A stretch of DNA of 19,873 nucleotides, taken from Myxococcales bacterium (GTDB taxonomy: Bacteria > Myxococcota_A > UBA9042). The stretch's first letter is position 1, and every line of letters starts with the position of its first letter. The stretch covers positions 1-19,873 of the forward strand of contig JBBISH010000117.1 of NCBI GenBank assembly GCA_037441385.1, in the 5' to 3' direction. Made by a program: the position numbers and the translations under genes. The notes under the pieces are model-generated. The model did no database searches and was not told the DNA's origin. It saw only the letters and a list, made by a program, of their open reading frames with translations. Positions 18,583-19,873 of the stretch are shown in pieces.

Positions 18583-19675
18583 TCGCTTTGGCGTCCGCGC
18601 GCGCCTGTGGGCGGGGCTGCTGGCCGCCGCTCTGGCAACGGCTCCTTGCCCGGCCATCGCCGCTGGCGGCAAAGGCAAGGTGGTGCAAGCCCTGATTGCG
18701 GCTGCGCAAAAGGAGTTCGACGCCGGCAACTTCGAGCGGGCGGGCGAGCTGTTCCTGGAAATCTACCGCCAAGATCCAGAAACGCGGCCGGCCCTGTACA
18801 ATGCCGCGCGCGCCTACCAGCTGGCGGGCAAGATCGACAAGGCGGACGAACTGTTCAAAGAGTTGCTCGCGATTCCCGACCTGGACGCCGGCCTGAAGGG
18901 CAAGGCCACCACCCAGCTGGAATTGCTGCAGCAAAAGCGCGGCGAGCGCAAGGCCGACGACGCCGACCGCGCCGAAAAGGCCGGTCAGTACGGTGTCGCG
19001 GCTGGCCTTTGGGGCGAGGCGATTAAGCTGGTGCCCACCAAAGTCGCTTGGCAGCTGCGTCTGGCGCGCGCCCTGCACTTGGGTGGCCAGCCGGCGCAGG
19101 CCATCGAAGCGTACGACAAGTACCTGGCCGCCACGCCCGAGAGCAGCGAGGACCGCGCCCAGGTCAAGGCATGGCGCGACGAATTGACCCGCAAGCCCGA
19201 GCCAGTCAAGCCCGACTCGGAGCCGGTCAAACCGGAGCCCATCAGGCCGGAACCGGTCAAGGCCGACCCGGTCAAACCTGAACCCGCCAAGCCGGATCCC
19301 GCACCGGACCAGCCGGTCAAACCGCCCGTGGTGGTGAAGCCGGCGCCTGCCCCGTCGCGGACCGTGCCGCTGGCGGTCATGGGCGGCGGCGCGGCGTTGG
19401 TGGTGGTGGGCGGCGTGGTGCTTGGGTTGGCCGCCTCGGATGATGCCGCTTTGCAGCAGAAATTTGCCGGCAGCGGCCCCATTAGCGGCATCAGCCACGC
19501 TGACGCCGAAACCGAAGCGGCGCGCATCTCGCGCAACTACACGATCGGCTGGGCCTTGACCGGCGTGGGTGTGATCGGCGCGGGCGTGGGTGCCTGGCTG
19601 TGGATGAGCCAACCGCAGGCCAAGGTGGCGGTGTTGCCGCAGCCGGGTGGGTTGGCGTTTGCTGCGCGGTTTTAG
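18566..19675 (+). CDS. Exported tetratricopeptide-repeat protein with a KPEP-rich linker and hydrophobic C-terminus ending in Phe (369 aa)
   Basis: Signal-like N-terminus RARLWAGLLAAALATAPCPAIA. TPR-like segments include ALYNAARAYQLAGKIDKADELFKELL and LRLARALHLGGQPAQAIEAYDKYL. Two Gly-rich hydrophobic segments precede the C-terminal GGLAFAARF. The TTG start overlaps the kinase end by 17 bp; the start is uncertain. Confidence 0.85.
   Translation: MKPSTDRFGVRARLWAGLLAAALATAPCPAIAAGGKGKVVQALIAAAQKEFDAGNFERAGELFLEIYRQDPETRPALYNAARAYQLAGKIDKADELFKELLAIPDLDAGLKGKATTQLELLQQKRGERKADDADRAEKAGQYGVAAGLWGEAIKLVPTKVAWQLRLARALHLGGQPAQAIEAYDKYLAATPESSEDRAQVKAWRDELTRKPEPVKPDSEPVKPEPIRPEPVKADPVKPEPAKPDPAPDQPVKPPVVVKPAPAPSRTVPLAVMGGGAALVVVGGVVLGLAASDDAALQQKFAGSGPISGISHADAETEAARISRNYTIGWALTGVGVIGAGVGAWLWMSQPQAKVAVLPQPGGLAFAARF
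19193..19350 (+). repeat. Approximately 15-bp imperfect repeats encoding a (V/I/A)KP(E/D)P linker in the TPR protein
   Basis: KPEPVKPDSEPVKPEPIRPEPVKADPVKPEPAKPDPAPDQPVKPP. Confidence 0.8.
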
Positions 19676-19748
19676 GTAGTTCCTGCCTTACCAACTGGAT
19701 GCTAGCGTCGGATATCTGTTGGAAACCTTTGGGGTCGTTGGTGCTTGG

Positions 19749-19805
19749 CCCTCACCCCGCCGCCTTCGGCGGCCGCCCCTCTCCCAACGCTTTGGGCGAG
19801 GGGCG
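19749..19805. repeat. Palindromic extragenic element, REP/BoxC-like
   Basis: CCCTCACCCC head, then hairpin gccgcc-ttc-ggcggc (19759-19773), then hairpin cgcccctctcccaa-cgct-ttgggcgaggggcg (19774-19805; 14-bp stem, 1 mismatch). Confidence 0.6.
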
Positions 19806-19873
19806 AAGTTGGCGGAGGGTCAGGTATTGACACTTGATCCTTGAGAAGAAACCCTGCTTTTCGCGTTTGCGAC

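Noticed and set aside
16840..19612. Minus-strand ORFs 16840..17712 and 17888..19612
   Set aside because: They are antisense shadows of the kinase and TPR genes.
19827..19855. Perfect TTGACA -35 hexamer at 19827-19832
   Set aside because: There is no convincing -10 box at 16-18 bp spacing (AACCCT at 17 bp), and the downstream gene is outside the window.

Overview
GC-rich window, probably from a Myxococcota/deltaproteobacterial genome (inferred from gene content), dominated by two giant co-oriented minus-strand cysteine-rich lipoprotein genes. Gene A (7680 to <1, at least 2560 aa) is absent from the ORF track because it has no stop codon inside the window. It is built from Dictyostelium-like CDDGNxCT modules arranged in an exact 915-bp/305-aa higher-order repeat. 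Gene B (~16669 to 9282, ~2460 aa) has a ~292-294-aa higher-order repeat, a six-blade NHL beta-propeller and an unassigned C-terminal domain, and is split by a 1-bp deletion at 10908/10909. An isovaleryl-CoA dehydrogenase-type gene lies between them. A membrane Ser/Thr kinase and an overlapping exported TPR protein gene are transcribed divergently, followed by a palindromic REP/BoxC-like element. Most other ORFs in the track are antisense or off-frame shadows.
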